Shown in pieces: positions 39,745-58,126 of a stretch of 64,000 nucleotides of DNA (the first letter of the stretch is position 1; the number at the start of each line of letters is the position of its first letter). The DNA is taken from NCBI RefSeq assembly GCF_009914755.1, contig NC_060927.1; one strand, 5' to 3'. Under the pieces are notes generated by a model, which saw only the letters and a program-made list of their open reading frames with translations, made no database searches and was not told the DNA's origin. A program made the position numbers and the translations under genes. The stretch is from the human T2T-CHM13v2.0 reference genome, Homo sapiens.

Positions 39745-41207
39745 CTTGGGTACAACTTAATGGAGTCATGTTTGAGAGGTATGGGGGAGGAGTAGAGAGC
39801 TATGGAGCCACTCTAGCACTGTGATCCCATCTCTATTGTCACCCTTATCACAGTATTATAATAGTCTTTTTAACATAATGCTTATTTACTGTTAGATTGT
39901 TTGTGTCAAGCACTGAATACTTATATTCCGGCTCTAGCTATTCCCATACTCTAGCAGCTGACAGTCTAGAATCTAGTCATCTATTCACTAAAAGTCATTA
40001 ACATTTCAAACCAGCATATGCAAAATACCAAACCAATTAACAATTGCCATAGACCTTACTGTCCATTATTGTAGCCATAAGCCACCTGTTGCTATGAGCA
40101 TTTGAAATGTGACTAGTCTGAATTGAGATTTGTCATAAATACAAAATATACACCAGACATTAGAATGAAAAAAAGATGGGGCCCATTCCAAGATGGCTGA
40201 ATAGGAACAGTCTGGTCTGCAGCTCCCAGCGTGATTGATGCAGAAGATGGGTGATTTCTGCATTTCCAACTGAGGTACCTGGTTCATCTAATTGGGACTT
40301 GTCAGAAAGTGGGTGCAGCCCATGGAGGGTGAGCCAAAGAGCGGGGCATCACCTCACTGGGGAAGTGCAAGGGGTCAGGGGATTTCCCTTTCCTAGCCAA
40401 GGGAAGCTGTGACAGACCATACTGGGAGAATCAGGACACTGCCACCTAAACACTGCGCTTTTCCAATGGTCTTAGCAAACAGCACACCAGGAGATTATAT
40501 CCCACGCATAGCTCAGCGGGTCCCACGCCCATGGAACCTTGCTCACTGCTAGTCCAAGATCGAACCGCGAGGTGGCAAGCCTGGCTGGGGGGAGGGGTGT
40601 CTGCCATTGCTGAGGCTTGAGTAGATAAACAAAGCGGCTGGGAAGTTCAAACTGGGTGGAACCCATGGCAGCTCAAGGAGGCCTGCCTGCCTCTGTAGAC
40701 TCCACCTCTGGGGGCAGGACATAGCTGAACAAAAGGCAGCAGAATCTTCCACAGACTTAAAAGTCCCCATCTGACACCTCTGAAGAGAGCAGTGATTCTC
40801 CCAGCATGGTGTTTGAGCTCTGAGAACGGACAGACCACCTCCTCAAGTGGGTCCCTGATCCCTGTGTAGCCTAACTTGGAGATACCTCCCAGTAGGGGCC
40901 GACTGACACCTCATACAGCTGGGTGCCCCTCTGAAATGAAGCTTCCAGAGGAAGGATCAGGCAGCAATATTTGCTGTTCTGCAATATTTGCTGTTCTGCA
41001 GCCTCTACTGGTGAAACTCAGGAAAACAGGGTCTAGAGTGGACCTCCAACAAACTCCAACAGACCTGCAGCTGAGGGACCTGACTGTTAGAAGGAAAACT
41101 TACAAACAGAAAGGAATATCATAAACATCAACAAAAAGGACATCCACAACAAAACATCATCTGTGGGTCACCATCATCAAAGACCAAAGGTAGATAAAAC
41201 CACAAAG

Positions 41208-42233
41208 ATGGGGAGAAACCGGAGCAGAAAGGCTGAAAATTCTAAAAACCAGAGCACCCTTTCTCCTCCAAAGGATCGCAACTCCTCACCAGCAACAGAA
41301 CGAAGCAGGACAGAGAATGACTTTGATGAGTTGACAGAAGTAGGCTTCAGAAAGTTGGTAATAACAAACTTCTCTGAGCTAAAGGAGAATGTTTGAACCC
41401 ATCGCAAGGAAGCTAAAAAGCTTGAAAAAAAGATTAGATGAATGGCTAAGTAGAGTAAACAGTGTAGAGAAGACCTTAAATGACCTGATGGAGCTGAAAA
41501 CCATGGCATGAAAACTATGTGACACAGGCACAAGCTTCAGTAGCTGATTCCTTCAAGTGGAAGAAAGGGTATTGGTAATTGAAGTTCAACTTAATGAAAT
41601 TAAGTGAGAAGAGAAGTTTAGAGAAAAAGGAGTAAAAAGAAACGAACAAAGCCTCCAAGAAATATGGGACTATGTGAAAAGACCAAATCTACATTTTATT
41701 GGTGCACCAGAAAGTGTTGGGGAGAATGGAACCAAGCTGGAAAACACTCTTCAGGATATTATCCGGAGAATTTCCCCAACCTAGCAAGGCAGGCCAACAT
41801 TCAAATTCAGGAAATACAGAGAATGCCACAAAGATACTCATCAAGAAGAGCAACTCCAAGACACATAATTGTCAGATTCACCAAGGTTGAAATGAAGGAA
41901 AAAATGCTAAGGGCAGCCAGAGAGAAAGGTGGGGTTACCCACAAAGGGAAGTCCATCAGACTAACAGCAGATCTCTCAGCAGAAACCCTACAAGCCAGAA
42001 GAGAGTGGGGGCCAATATTCCACATTCTTTAAGAAAAGAATTTTCAACCCAGAATTTCATATCCAGCCAAACTAAGCTTCATAAGTGAAGGAGAAATAAA
42101 ATCCTCTACAGACAAGCAAATGCTTAGAGATTTTGTCACCACCAGGCCTGCCTTACAAGAGCTCCTGAAGGAAGCACTAGACATGGAAAGGAATAACTGG
42201 TACCAGACACTGCAAAAACATGCCAAATTGCAA
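41208..42233 (+). pseudogene. L1 ORF1p remnant (stops and frameshifts)
   Basis: MGRNRSRKAENSKNQS... and ENFPNLARQANIQIQEIQR..RHIIVRFTKVEMKEKMLRAAREKG appear in broken frames. Confidence 0.92.
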
Positions 42234-42296
42234 AGACCATCGATGCGAGGAAGAAACTGCATCAACTAATGAGCAAAATAACCAGCTAACATCATA

Positions 42297-46117
<3,821 letters not shown>

Positions 46118-46830
46118 ACATTGAGAACACCTGGACATGGGGTGGGGAACATCACACACCAGGGCCTGTCGTGGGGTGGGGGGATTGGGGAGGGATAGCA
46201 TTAGGAGAAATACTTAATGTAAATGATGAATTAATGAGTGCAGCACACCAACGTGGCACGTGTATACATGTGTAACAAACCTGCACATTGTGCATATATA
46301 TCCTAGAACTTAAAGTATAATAAAAAAAATCGCTCAATAAAAAAGAGATGTAAAAACATCTCATTAACGTTAATTTCATATTTAAATAATATTTTGGGTA
46401 AAATATAACCTAAAATTAATTTCATTTATTAAGTTTTACTTTTATAATGTGGTTTCTAAGAGTGTTAAATTCGATTCCTGTTCTACATTTGTGGCTTACA
46501 TTTTATTTCTATTTAACAGGGCTGCTATAGAATTTCAGAGGAAGTGTTTTTGTGGGTAATGCTTAGGTACTCTTAATGAGTATCGAAGTGAAGCTGAAAT
46601 GCAGTCACCAAAGAAAGTTGGGAAAAACATTCTAGGCTTGTGTTAATTAGTTAACACAAATCAAACATAGAGATGCTTGAGCCTACAAAAGGAACATTGC
46701 ATACTTATATGTCCAGTGATGAGGGGTCATGGCCAGAAGAAATTGTCTAGAAAGTTTCTGAGTAAACAGAGAAAGTCTTAGAGTAGATAGTGGAGAAAAG
46801 AGTGTGGAAGTTCTGTGGCAAGTTTTAATG

Positions 46831-47141
46831 TGATATGGTTTGGCTGTGTCCTCACCCAAATCTCATCTTGAATTGTAGCTCCCATAATTTCTACGTGTCA
46901 TGGGAAGTAATTCAATCATCAGGGTGGGTCTTTCCCATGCCATTCTTGGGATAGTGAGTAAGTCTCACGAGATCTGATGGTTTTATAAAGGGGAGTTCCC
47001 CTGCACACGCTCTCTTTCCTGCCTTCTGCCATAATTGTGTGGCTTCGCAGTCATGTGGAACTGTGAGTCAAAACTCTTTGCTTTATAAACTACCCAGTCT
47101 TAGGTATGTCTTTATTAGCAGTATGAGAATGAACTAATACA
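46831..47141 (+). mobile_element. THE1 solo LTR (MaLR)
   Basis: tgatatggtttggctgtgtc...gaactaataca; TSD taatg / taacg. Confidence 0.92.
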
Positions 47142-47399
47142 TAACGTTTTGTAATAAAGAAGAACATTTATTTTCCATGGTTAAAGATAGCAGTCAAGGA
47201 GAAAGGCATGAAGAGAAGCAGTTAAAGAGTTGAAATGCAAAGGAATGACCAGTATCAAGTGTAAGGAGGTTTAATTGCAGGGGTAAAAGCTGCAAGGATG
47301 AAAACAGTCCAGAATGAATAAATTGACATGAGTAAGAGAAAGTGATTCAGGACTAAATCTGTAATAGGATCACTTTTATTTAGTGTTAGTTGTGCAGTG

Positions 47400-48220
47400 T
47401 TGATGGAAGATGAGAAAATAGTTGGCTGTGTATGGCTTTCAATGTCAGACTAAAGACTTTGGATATAGAGTGGGGGAATTTGAAGGGTTTGAGTAGAAGA
47501 ATGTCAAGGGATTTAAAATACCCTTTACAAAGATTCATCTGAAGGTAATGTAAATGAGTCTATTGATCAAGGTGGAGTTAGGGGACAAGAGAGAAAATAT
47601 CAAGTGTTTATGTAATAACTCAAAATTAGATAATATAGATAAGAGACAACTGAAGTAGGAGAAAAAAGAGGTTTATGAGGTAAACTGAAAAAGTTCACTA
47701 AGTTTAGGTATGAGATATGTATTGTAAACAGATAAAGGATCAAAGAAGACTGCAAGGTTTTGATCATAATTTATTGAGAGCACAACAGAAACACAGGATT
47801 TAGGAGAGAGATCTTTTTTAGAGGAAAAAATAAACTCGTTATTAGACAAGTTGAATTTGAGATACTTGCTCAGGGTGTTCAAATGGAGATTCTCCATGGG
47901 CAGTTGGGAATATCACATAGGATGAAAGTCAACAAAAGAGCAGATTAAAATTTTGAAAGCATCTACAGAGACCTAGTGAAAATGGATGGATCACAGTGAG
48001 AGAGAAGTTCAAGAGTGTAGCAGAAGGCCTTAGGTAAAAGCTATAATTATGGAAGCAGAGGAAGTGAGGCTAAAAAGAGAATCCAAAAGGATGGCAAGAC
48101 AAGGTATCACAGAATGCAGGTGATGGGGCTTGCCAGCCTTGAAAGACAGTCAAACTTGAGGTCAATTTATTGCATGTGACCATCACTTTAGAGAGTTCAG
48201 TTTCAATACAGTGGAGAGGG
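47400..48220 (-). mobile_element. L2 LINE fragment
   Basis: gaagggttttgagtagaag, tagacaagttgaatttgagatac, gggcagttggga-type L2 motifs; boundaries approximate. Confidence 0.6.
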
Positions 48221-48797
48221 GATATCTGGGGGGGAAATTTTGATAGTAGCCCCCAAACATCCCCAATTAAAAAATTATTCTGAGTATATCATCCATGATA
48301 TACTAACTCCTCCATAACTCTATTTATTTATTTATTCCCATAAAGATTTGAGGGAATCCTCTACTTGTAATTTGAATATATACCATCATTGCAGGACATT
48401 CAAGGGCAATGTGCATCAATAGGGATGATGCTGGCAGCAAAATGAGATCAGAATTGGGGGTCCGGAGACTGTATTGTAGTCTCAGATCTATGATTAATTG
48501 AATAGACGATCTTGAGGAAGCTGCTCAATTTCTCTGGGCCTAAATTTGTTTATCTAAAACAGTGTGGGTTTGGACAGTATGCCAGATTTAGTGCTTCTAA
48601 ATTTATCTTTAATTTGTTTCTTTATGGTATGCTTTTTTCTTAAAAATTTTGAAAAGCAAATTTTTGTTATTCTAAAAACCTTAAAACTAGGTATATTTTT
48701 CAATATTATTATACCTTCCTCAACAAACCGCTCACTGCCTATTTTATATCAAATTCTTTATCCCTATTCCCTGTAAGAGATGGGAAGCAACTTATTT

Positions 48798-49138
<341 letters not shown>

Positions 49139-50617
49139 TGAGAATAAAGGATGGCATACGTCTATAAATATAAATTGAAATGCTCCCCCATTTATAAATC
49201 ATGTCAGAACGAAATTCTGCTTATCGGTTCAAGCAATGCCTCAGAATATTGAAGATGCATATACAGAGTTAAAACTAGAGAGCTGAAATATTGTAACAGG
49301 ATGTGGAAGAGGAGCAAGACATGTTATTAATAAAAACTCACTAGTTTTAGAACTTGCTTAGGGCATAGTCATGTCTCCCAATAATATATAAAAGTTCCTA
49401 AAATATTATTAGCTTCTGAATCTTGTAGCATGTGAATGAATTATCTACTTTAAAATTAAGAACAGAAAATAAAAAGAAAAATATAATATTAGTATGTTTT
49501 ATTTTTAATGTTTGAATATTAACTAATACAACTTTTCAAGCTGATCATTATATTCTTACAAGATAATTTTTAAAATAACCATATTTTAATAAATATATAT
49601 TTCAAAGTTGGGCTTTAGGAAACCAAGATAGAAATAGGAAGCTTATGTAACAATACAGATGATGGAACCATAGCTAGTACACATATAAATTATATAGACA
49701 TCACAGAGAACACAGTTATATAACTACTTCTCGGATAACTGGTGTTATGAAATTCTGCCATGATTCTGCAGCAGTTCTGATTTTTGTCAACATTGTTCTA
49801 TAATCAAGAAGCTGTAGGTTTTTAATAGTCTTTCCTTTTGATGCATTTTTTGTGCAGAATGTTCTTATTATTCCCTACCCTCAAATTAGTTTCCCATCCA
49901 ATTATTTTTTAATAAAAAGGAAATTAACATTTTAGAAATTTCACTAGGACTAAAATGTTAGGAATGTGTCAGTTTTTATCATGAACCAAATGGATGCACA
50001 TATTCCAGTCAGTATTTTTACTTCAATGCCTCGTTGGTGTTAATGCATTCAATGAATGCCACCAAGTACATTAGTAAGGTCAATTTATACAACAGCTGTA
50101 CTTTATAGTCAATAGATCAATATTAGTTACTAGATAAACTTTCCAAGTCCTCAAAATTAAAAAGTTTCCTCTTGTGATATTGCAAAAGCACATTTCTCTC
50201 GAGACTCAATGGCTTTAAATAGTTTTAAAAGCTGGGTCTGTTTTTGTTGCTAGTTTATATTTTAAAATTGGTTAATTTCTTAACAATTACAGTTGAGTGG
50301 GAAGTTTTCTTTGCTTAAACAGATTGAGAATCATTTTAAGAGAAGACATTAAGTCTCTTACATTTGCTTTTGCGTATTTGAAACATGGCTCTTAATTTGT
50401 TTGGCTCCTAACGTCATATGAGGATTTCAGAAAGGAATATGTTTGTTTGTCAAATCTCACTTTTGTAGTGAAAATATGCAGGGAGCAAAATAATTATATA
50501 CAATTGCACTTTGATTAGCTGCACAATTGGAAGTTTATGTAAATACAAAAGAGAGGGACATATTTTCAAAAGTGTTCTACGTTAGTTACACATAGTTAGT
50601 CAAATATTGTTTATTAG

Positions 50618-50964
<347 letters not shown>

Positions 50965-52229
50965 TAAAGATGTCTGTATGTTGGCAGTAGTGAGATAACT
51001 CACGTTAAATGATATTTATTGTGCTGACCCCAGAAAACATTTAAGATTTTAAAATACTTTCTTACTTATCAAAGAAAGATTACATTTTATTTTCCAAATC
51101 ATTTCAGTATTCAGGAAATGCTAATTTTTTGATAATATTTAATCTATATACTCTATCAATGATAATCATTTCTTTATTAAAATACCTTACTCCTAGGCCA
51201 TGTTAAAAGAAAACATAATTTGCAATCATTTTGCAATTTCAAGTCTTCTTTACAGCATATTTAGAATTTCTTCACATACTAAGACTAGTTATTATAGAAT
51301 GTGACTTTTAGTTTCCTTTTACTCATATATTCTGTGAAAATATAAAGACAAAATTAAAAAAATTTAGATAGCTTTCTGTTTAGGAAAGGTCACAATGTTA
51401 AAATGTTGCCAAGTTAACTGAACCCCTTAGCAGTATCATTATTAAAGATCTTCTCTCTTCTAATACAGGAACTTATAATTAAATAAGAAATAATTGGACA
51501 TTTTTTGGTGTGAAAAATAGACTCTGAAAATTTAAATAGAGCTATGTTTTTTTCCTTTATGGTCCAATAAGAGGAACATATTGGGTTCAGTATTAAAAGT
51601 AGGTGATATAATTAATGAATTTATATAAACTGGGATATAAAAAGAATCTTATAGCATAGTGAGATGTAAATTAAGCCAATAGGCTACATTTTCTATTCTG
51701 TTTTGTTTAGAAATGAATAAGTAAATGGGTTGAACTTTAGGTTAACTAAATTTATTGTATTAAATCAACCATCTTTCAAGACCCTGAATTAATTTTTCCC
51801 ACTAACCTGCTTCACTTACCAAGTGCTCAGAGTTTCGATGGAATCATGAGTCAAAAGAGCAATGGCAACTCAAGGATTAGAATTTTCAGTGAAGAAGCCA
51901 GGGGTAGATCTCAGGCTACTGTAGGTTTTGTACTTTGAGCTACCTAATGGGGCAGACATTCTTCCCCAAATATACAAAAGACAGGAAAGTACATACCATG
52001 TTCCATCTGGCTGGTATCCACGGGAAATGTAAACCAAGCCCACAGGCTAGTAACAAGCCTGACAAACTTGTTTGAGTCCCAGGATTTACTCTTTCAATGA
52101 AAACTATTAAACGATGGAATGTATCTTTGGCACAACATATGCATTTCTACTTCATTTTGTTCTGGCTTATTATTTATTATATGACTTTAAGCTTGATTTG
52201 AACTTGAACAGGATCAAATCTGGAGGCTC

Positions 52230-52322
52230 ATAACCCATAAATATATTCACCTACTATGTACTCACAAAAATTAAAAATTAAAAAAATAAAATTAGTAAGA
52301 GTAAAATTATCTCAAAATAAAA
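52230..52322 (+). mobile_element. Extremely truncated L1MA-type 3' terminus with A-rich tail
   Basis: cccataaatatattcacctactatgtactcacaaaaattaaaaa; degenerate TSD aaatctggaggctc / atatctgaaggttc. Confidence 0.7.
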
Positions 52323-52419
52323 ATATCTGAAGGTTCTTTCAAAGTTTGAGGAGATGGAACTAACTAGAGTCATATATAATTACATAGTATCATATAGTCA
52401 TACAGTATCCACTAACAGA

Positions 52420-52565
52420 TTCAAATCCCAGCTCTGTCAAAACTAGGTCTGGCAAGCATAACCTTCTGACTCTCAGATTCTCATCTGTGAAATGAGATTT
52501 GTAACACCTTCCACAGAGTGTTACTGGATATTTACAACTCAAATATATTTGAAACACTTGGCAGA
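52420..52565. mobile_element. MIR SINE fragment
   Basis: ttcaaatcccagctctg..ctcagattctcatctgtgaaatgag. Confidence 0.7.
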
Positions 52566-53473
52566 TACTAGGAACTCAAAAAGATTTTTTGGGGACATCT
52601 TTTATCTTTTTTCCCTTTTTCCTTCTTAAAGTGACACAATACTCCTAATAATGTTAGATTTTCTGGTTTGGGGATTTTTTCTGCTTGCTGATCCTTATCT
52701 TTTTCTTCTTTTCTGAAGCTGAGTCCTATACTTGCTATTATTTTAGGTTGGGGCTGTCTTTTCTGCATTCTAACAACTCCCTAGGAGTTTAACATTTGTC
52801 ATTAAAAAGCAATTGGCTTGTGGAAGAACTGATATGTTAGTGTCAGGAAAGGAGTTCTGCATCCTATTGTTAAAAGTATTTTTTGTATGTGCTAATGTTT
52901 ATGCTGCACTGAGTTTCAATTCATATATTCTAGCTGGAGTATCTTTTTGTTATGAATTTTAATGCCAGAATTTTACCTTTTCTGAAATGGTACACGTACT
53001 ACGTATTTTCAAAGTTATCACAGAGCAGTTGTGACATGCGAAGGCAGGAAAAGATGTTACTAGACAAATGACAAGTTAATTTTTTTCTTTCTTCTAATTT
53101 TGTCTCTTGGCTTATGAAACCTACATTTGCTTTCTCAATCTAAGGAAATACATCTTCTCTGTACAATTTTCAAGATTTTTTTAAAAAATTAGGGCTCTTG
53201 AACATATGGAACTGATAACCACTAAAACAAGTAGACTTATACAGAGTGAAACTGTAGTATTCATATATATTGCATTTATTATGAGTGCAGCATCATAATA
53301 AGGATTGCACATAAATTAACTTGTTCATTTTACGAAAGCCCTATCATCGGTCTATTACAGATAAGGAAGTTCAGGTACAAATATGTTAGAAAACGACTTG
53401 TCCAATGTCTTAGAAAAGTGTCAGGACCAGGATCTGAACCAGGCAGTCTGATGCTCAGGTTTACATTATCTGC

Positions 53474-53872
53474 TGTATTAGTCTGTTTTCACACCGCTAT
53501 AAAGAGCTACCTTGAGACTGGGTTATTTATAAAGAAAAGAGGTTTAATTGACTCACAGTTCTGCAGTAGCCTACAGGCTTCCTGTTAAGGTAGGAGACCT
53601 AGCTAGGAGGCCTCAGGAAACTCATGGCAGAATGCAAAGGGGAATTGAGCAGGTCTTACCATGGCAGAGCAGGAGAGCGAAGGGGGAAGTGCAACACACT
53701 TTGAAACAACCACCAGATCTCGTGATAACTCACTCACTTTCACTATCATGAGAAAAGCAAGGGGGAAGTCTGCCCCATGATTCAATCACCTCCCACCAGG
53801 CCCCTCTGTCAACATGTGGGAATTACAATCCAGGATAAAACTTGTGTGGGGATACTGAGCCAAATCATATCA
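53474..53872 (-). mobile_element. MST (MSTA/B-like) solo LTR
   Basis: tgtattagtctgttttcacac...gagccaaatcatatca; perfect TSD TCTGC. Confidence 0.92.
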
Positions 53873-53924
53873 TCTGCCTTATAATATGTGACATGAGGGC
53901 CAGGATCAGTCTCCATCTCCTAAA

Positions 53925-54095
53925 ATTGTGCTGCTCAAAGTGCTGTCCTTGACCAGATGGTACCAGAAAGACCTTGGAGCCTACTAAAAATGCAGAATCT
54001 CAGGCCTACTCCAAGAGCTACCAAATCATGATTTGCATTTTAGCAAGATCCCCAGGTGAGAAGCATGAATGTTAATGTTTGGGAAGTACAGACCT
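53925..54095. mobile_element. MER5A-like MITE
   Basis: gtgctgctcaaagtg..aaatgcagaatctcaggcc..tgcattttagcaagatccccaggtga. Confidence 0.75.
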
Positions 54096-55429
54096 AAAGT
54101 ATTATTTCTGTCATCATATATATAATTTTTATATGATGCAGGGAGACAGAAATCGCAGAATTTTAGATTTTAAAGGGTTTAAGATTTAGAGAAAATATAG
54201 TTCATTTTCTTCCTTTTATAAATGTCCAAAACATATATAAAATGAGCCACATGGGCTGGTTAAATATATATTTAAGAATAAATACATATTTATAAATTCT
54301 TAATAATTTAATAAACATTTATTGAGGATTTGTCACCTGTCAGACTATATGCCAAGTGGAATGGGGCTACAAAGACATACAAATCATGCCCTTTGGGACC
54401 CCAGTGGAGGAGAAAAATAAGTATATGGAAATTACCAGTGTTATAATAAAATTGTATGCACATAGTGCATAATAGAGCCCACAGGAATGAGGATGGAATG
54501 GGTACCATCAAGGACATAATATTAAAGCTGAGTCTTGGAACATCAATAGGTGTTGCCCAAAGGTACTGGAATTTGAGCCTTTTCCCTTACAACTGGGCCA
54601 ATCAACATGATGAGTTGGGAGAAGGAGCTATTTAGAGGAGTGGATTTCAATCTTGGATTCACATAGAATCACCTGGAGAACAATTTAGTTTGTTACAACT
54701 CCCTTGTGCTTTGTTTCCCTCTTACTTGTCTGTATCTCCGACCATTTCGTCCGGTTCCTGGCCTGTTTCTGCCCTGGACTCTAGTCATAAATAATAACTT
54801 GTTACCTATTGGATCTTGAACTAAATCTGACAGTAAATGCCTCATTCTTGTAATTCCCATGAGCACAGAGCACTGTTTCTGCAAATCCCAACTAGCTGTA
54901 ATGAGACAGCTCACAATCAGGTAAGTTAGCATTAGAATAACCTTAGGTTAGGACTTCCTGATCTCTAATTAGTCTGCTGTGCTTTCCAATTTCTCCTTCA
55001 AAGTAAATCAAACATCAGAAGATTTTGCTTTACAATTTTGGTGAGCCTGATTTTTAAACTATTTTTCTCCTCTTAAAATTTGCATACGTTTGGGGATACA
55101 AGTGTAGTTTAGTTATGCATATATATTGTGTAGTGCTGAAGTCTGGGCTTTTAGTGTAGCCATCACCTGAATAGGGTACATTGTATCCATTAAGTAATTT
55201 CTCATCCCTCATCCCCTTCCCACCTTCCCAGCCTTCCCCAGCCTCCAATGTCTATTATTCCACACTACGTCCATGTGTACACATTATCAGCTCCCACTTA
55301 CAAGAGAGAACAAGCAGCATTTGACTTTGTTTTTGAGTTCTTTCACTTAAGATAATGGCCTCCAGTTTCATCCATGTTGCTGCAAAAGACATGATTTCAT
55401 TCTTTCTTATGTCTTGGTAGCATTCCATG

Positions 55430-56099
<670 letters not shown>

Positions 56100-58079
56100 C
56101 CATGGTATAAATATATACCACATTTTCTTTAGTTAGTCATTCATTGACGAACACTTAGGTTGAGATCATATCTTTGCCATTGTGAATAGTGCTGTGATAA
56201 ATGTATGAGAGCACGTGTCTTTTTTACATAATAACTTCTTTTCATTTGGATAGATATCCAGTACTGGGATTGCTGGATCCAATGGTAGTTCTACATTTAG
56301 GTTTTTGAGAAGTCTCCATGCTGTTTTCCATAGACATTATGCAAACTTACATTCCTACGAACAGTGTATAAGCATTCACTTTACTCCACATCTTTTCCAA
56401 TGTCTTTCGTTTTTTGATTTTTTAATAGAAGACATTTTGACTTATGTAAGATGGTATCTCATTGTGGTTTTAATCTAAATTTCTCCCATGATTAGTAATG
56501 TTGAACCTATTTTTCATATGTTCATTGGCCAACTGTATGTCTTCTTTTGAGAAATGTCTGTTCATGCTCTTTGCCCACTTTTTAGTGGGACTATTTTATT
56601 ATTATTGTTATTTTCATTGTTGAGTTGTTTGGGTTTCTTGTAGATTCTGGATATTAGTGCCTTATCAAATGCATATCTTGCAAATATTTTCTCTCATCTG
56701 CAGATTGTCTGTACATTCTGCTGATTGTTTTTTAGATTTGTGGAATTTTTTTAGTTTAATTAAGTCCCACTTGATGTTCCAGTACATGTTGAATAGGAGT
56801 GGAGAAAGTAGACCTTTTTGTCTTGTTCTTGTCTTGTTTCAGCTCTTAGGGAGAAACGCTTTCAACTTTTTCCCATTCAGTATGTTGTTGCCTGTGGGTT
56901 GGTCAAAGACAGGTTTTATTATATTGATGTATGTTCCTTCCATTTCATTTATTGAGGGTTTTATCATGAAGAGATGCTGAATTTTATCAAATGCTTTTTT
57001 ACATCTATTGAGATAATCATATAATTTTTGTTTTTAATTTTGTTTATGTGGTGAATCACATTTATTGATTTGGGTACATTGAACCATTCTTGCATCCCTG
57101 CAATAAAATCCACTAAATGGTGTTGTCTTATCTTTTTAATGTACTCTTGGATTTGGCTTGCTAGTATTTTTTTTTTTTTTTGAGGATTTTTACATCTATG
57201 ATCATCAGGGATATTGGCCTATGGTTTTATTGTTCTTGTGTTCTTGCCCAGCTTTGGTATCATGGCAATACTGGCTTCATAGAACTTTAACACTATAAAT
57301 TTCTCTCTTAGCACTGCTTTTGCTAAGAGAGAGGTTTTGCTGTATCCAGAGGCTTTGTTATGTTGTGTCTCCATTTTCATTTATTTCAAAAAAATTTTAG
57401 TTTTTACCTTAATTTCTTTGTGGACCCAAAGATTTTTCAGAAACGTGTTGTTTAATTTCTGTGTATTTGCATACTTTTGAGAGTTCCTCTTGGAATTGAT
57501 TTCTAGTTTTATTCCACTGTAGTCTGAGAAGTTATTTGATAAAATTTTGATATTTTAAACTTTGTTGAAACTTGTTTTGTGGCCTGACATGTGGCCTATC
57601 TTGAAGAATTCTCCATGTGCTGATGAGAATTATATTCTTTGGTTGTTGTGTAGAATGTACTGTGTATGTTCAGTCCATTTGGTCTAAAGTCCAAGTCTAG
57701 TGTTGTCAGTTTGATGTTGAAGTTCTCCACTATTATTGTATTGCTGTCTATCTCTTTTCTTAGGTCTAGTAGTATTTGTTTTATGAATGTGGATGCTCTG
57801 GTGTTGGATGCATATATATTTAGGATTGTTATATCTTCTTGTTGAATTGATCCCTTTATCATTATATAATTTTTTTTGACTGTTGTTGATTTAAAGTCTG
57901 TTTTATCTGACGTAAGAATAGCTGCTTCTGCCAGGCTTTGGTTTCTGTTTTGTGGAATATCTTTTCTCACCCCTTTATCTTCAGTCTGTAAGTGTCTTTA
58001 TCAGTAAAATGAGTTTCTTGTAAGAAGCATATAGTTAGACCATATTATTTTTATTTTTTAACTTTCATGCGTACCTAGC

Positions 58080-58081
<2 letters not shown>

Positions 58082-58123
<42 letters not shown>
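58082..58123. repeat. (GT)~21 microsatellite in the L1 3'UTR
   Basis: Direct read. Confidence 0.95.

Positions 58124-58126
<3 letters not shown>

Noticed and set aside
46638-46659. 9-bp hairpin ttgtgttaa-ttag-ttaacacaa (a similar one lies near 10989-11012)
   Set aside because: Short inverted repeats of this size are expected by chance in 64 kb of AT-rich DNA.
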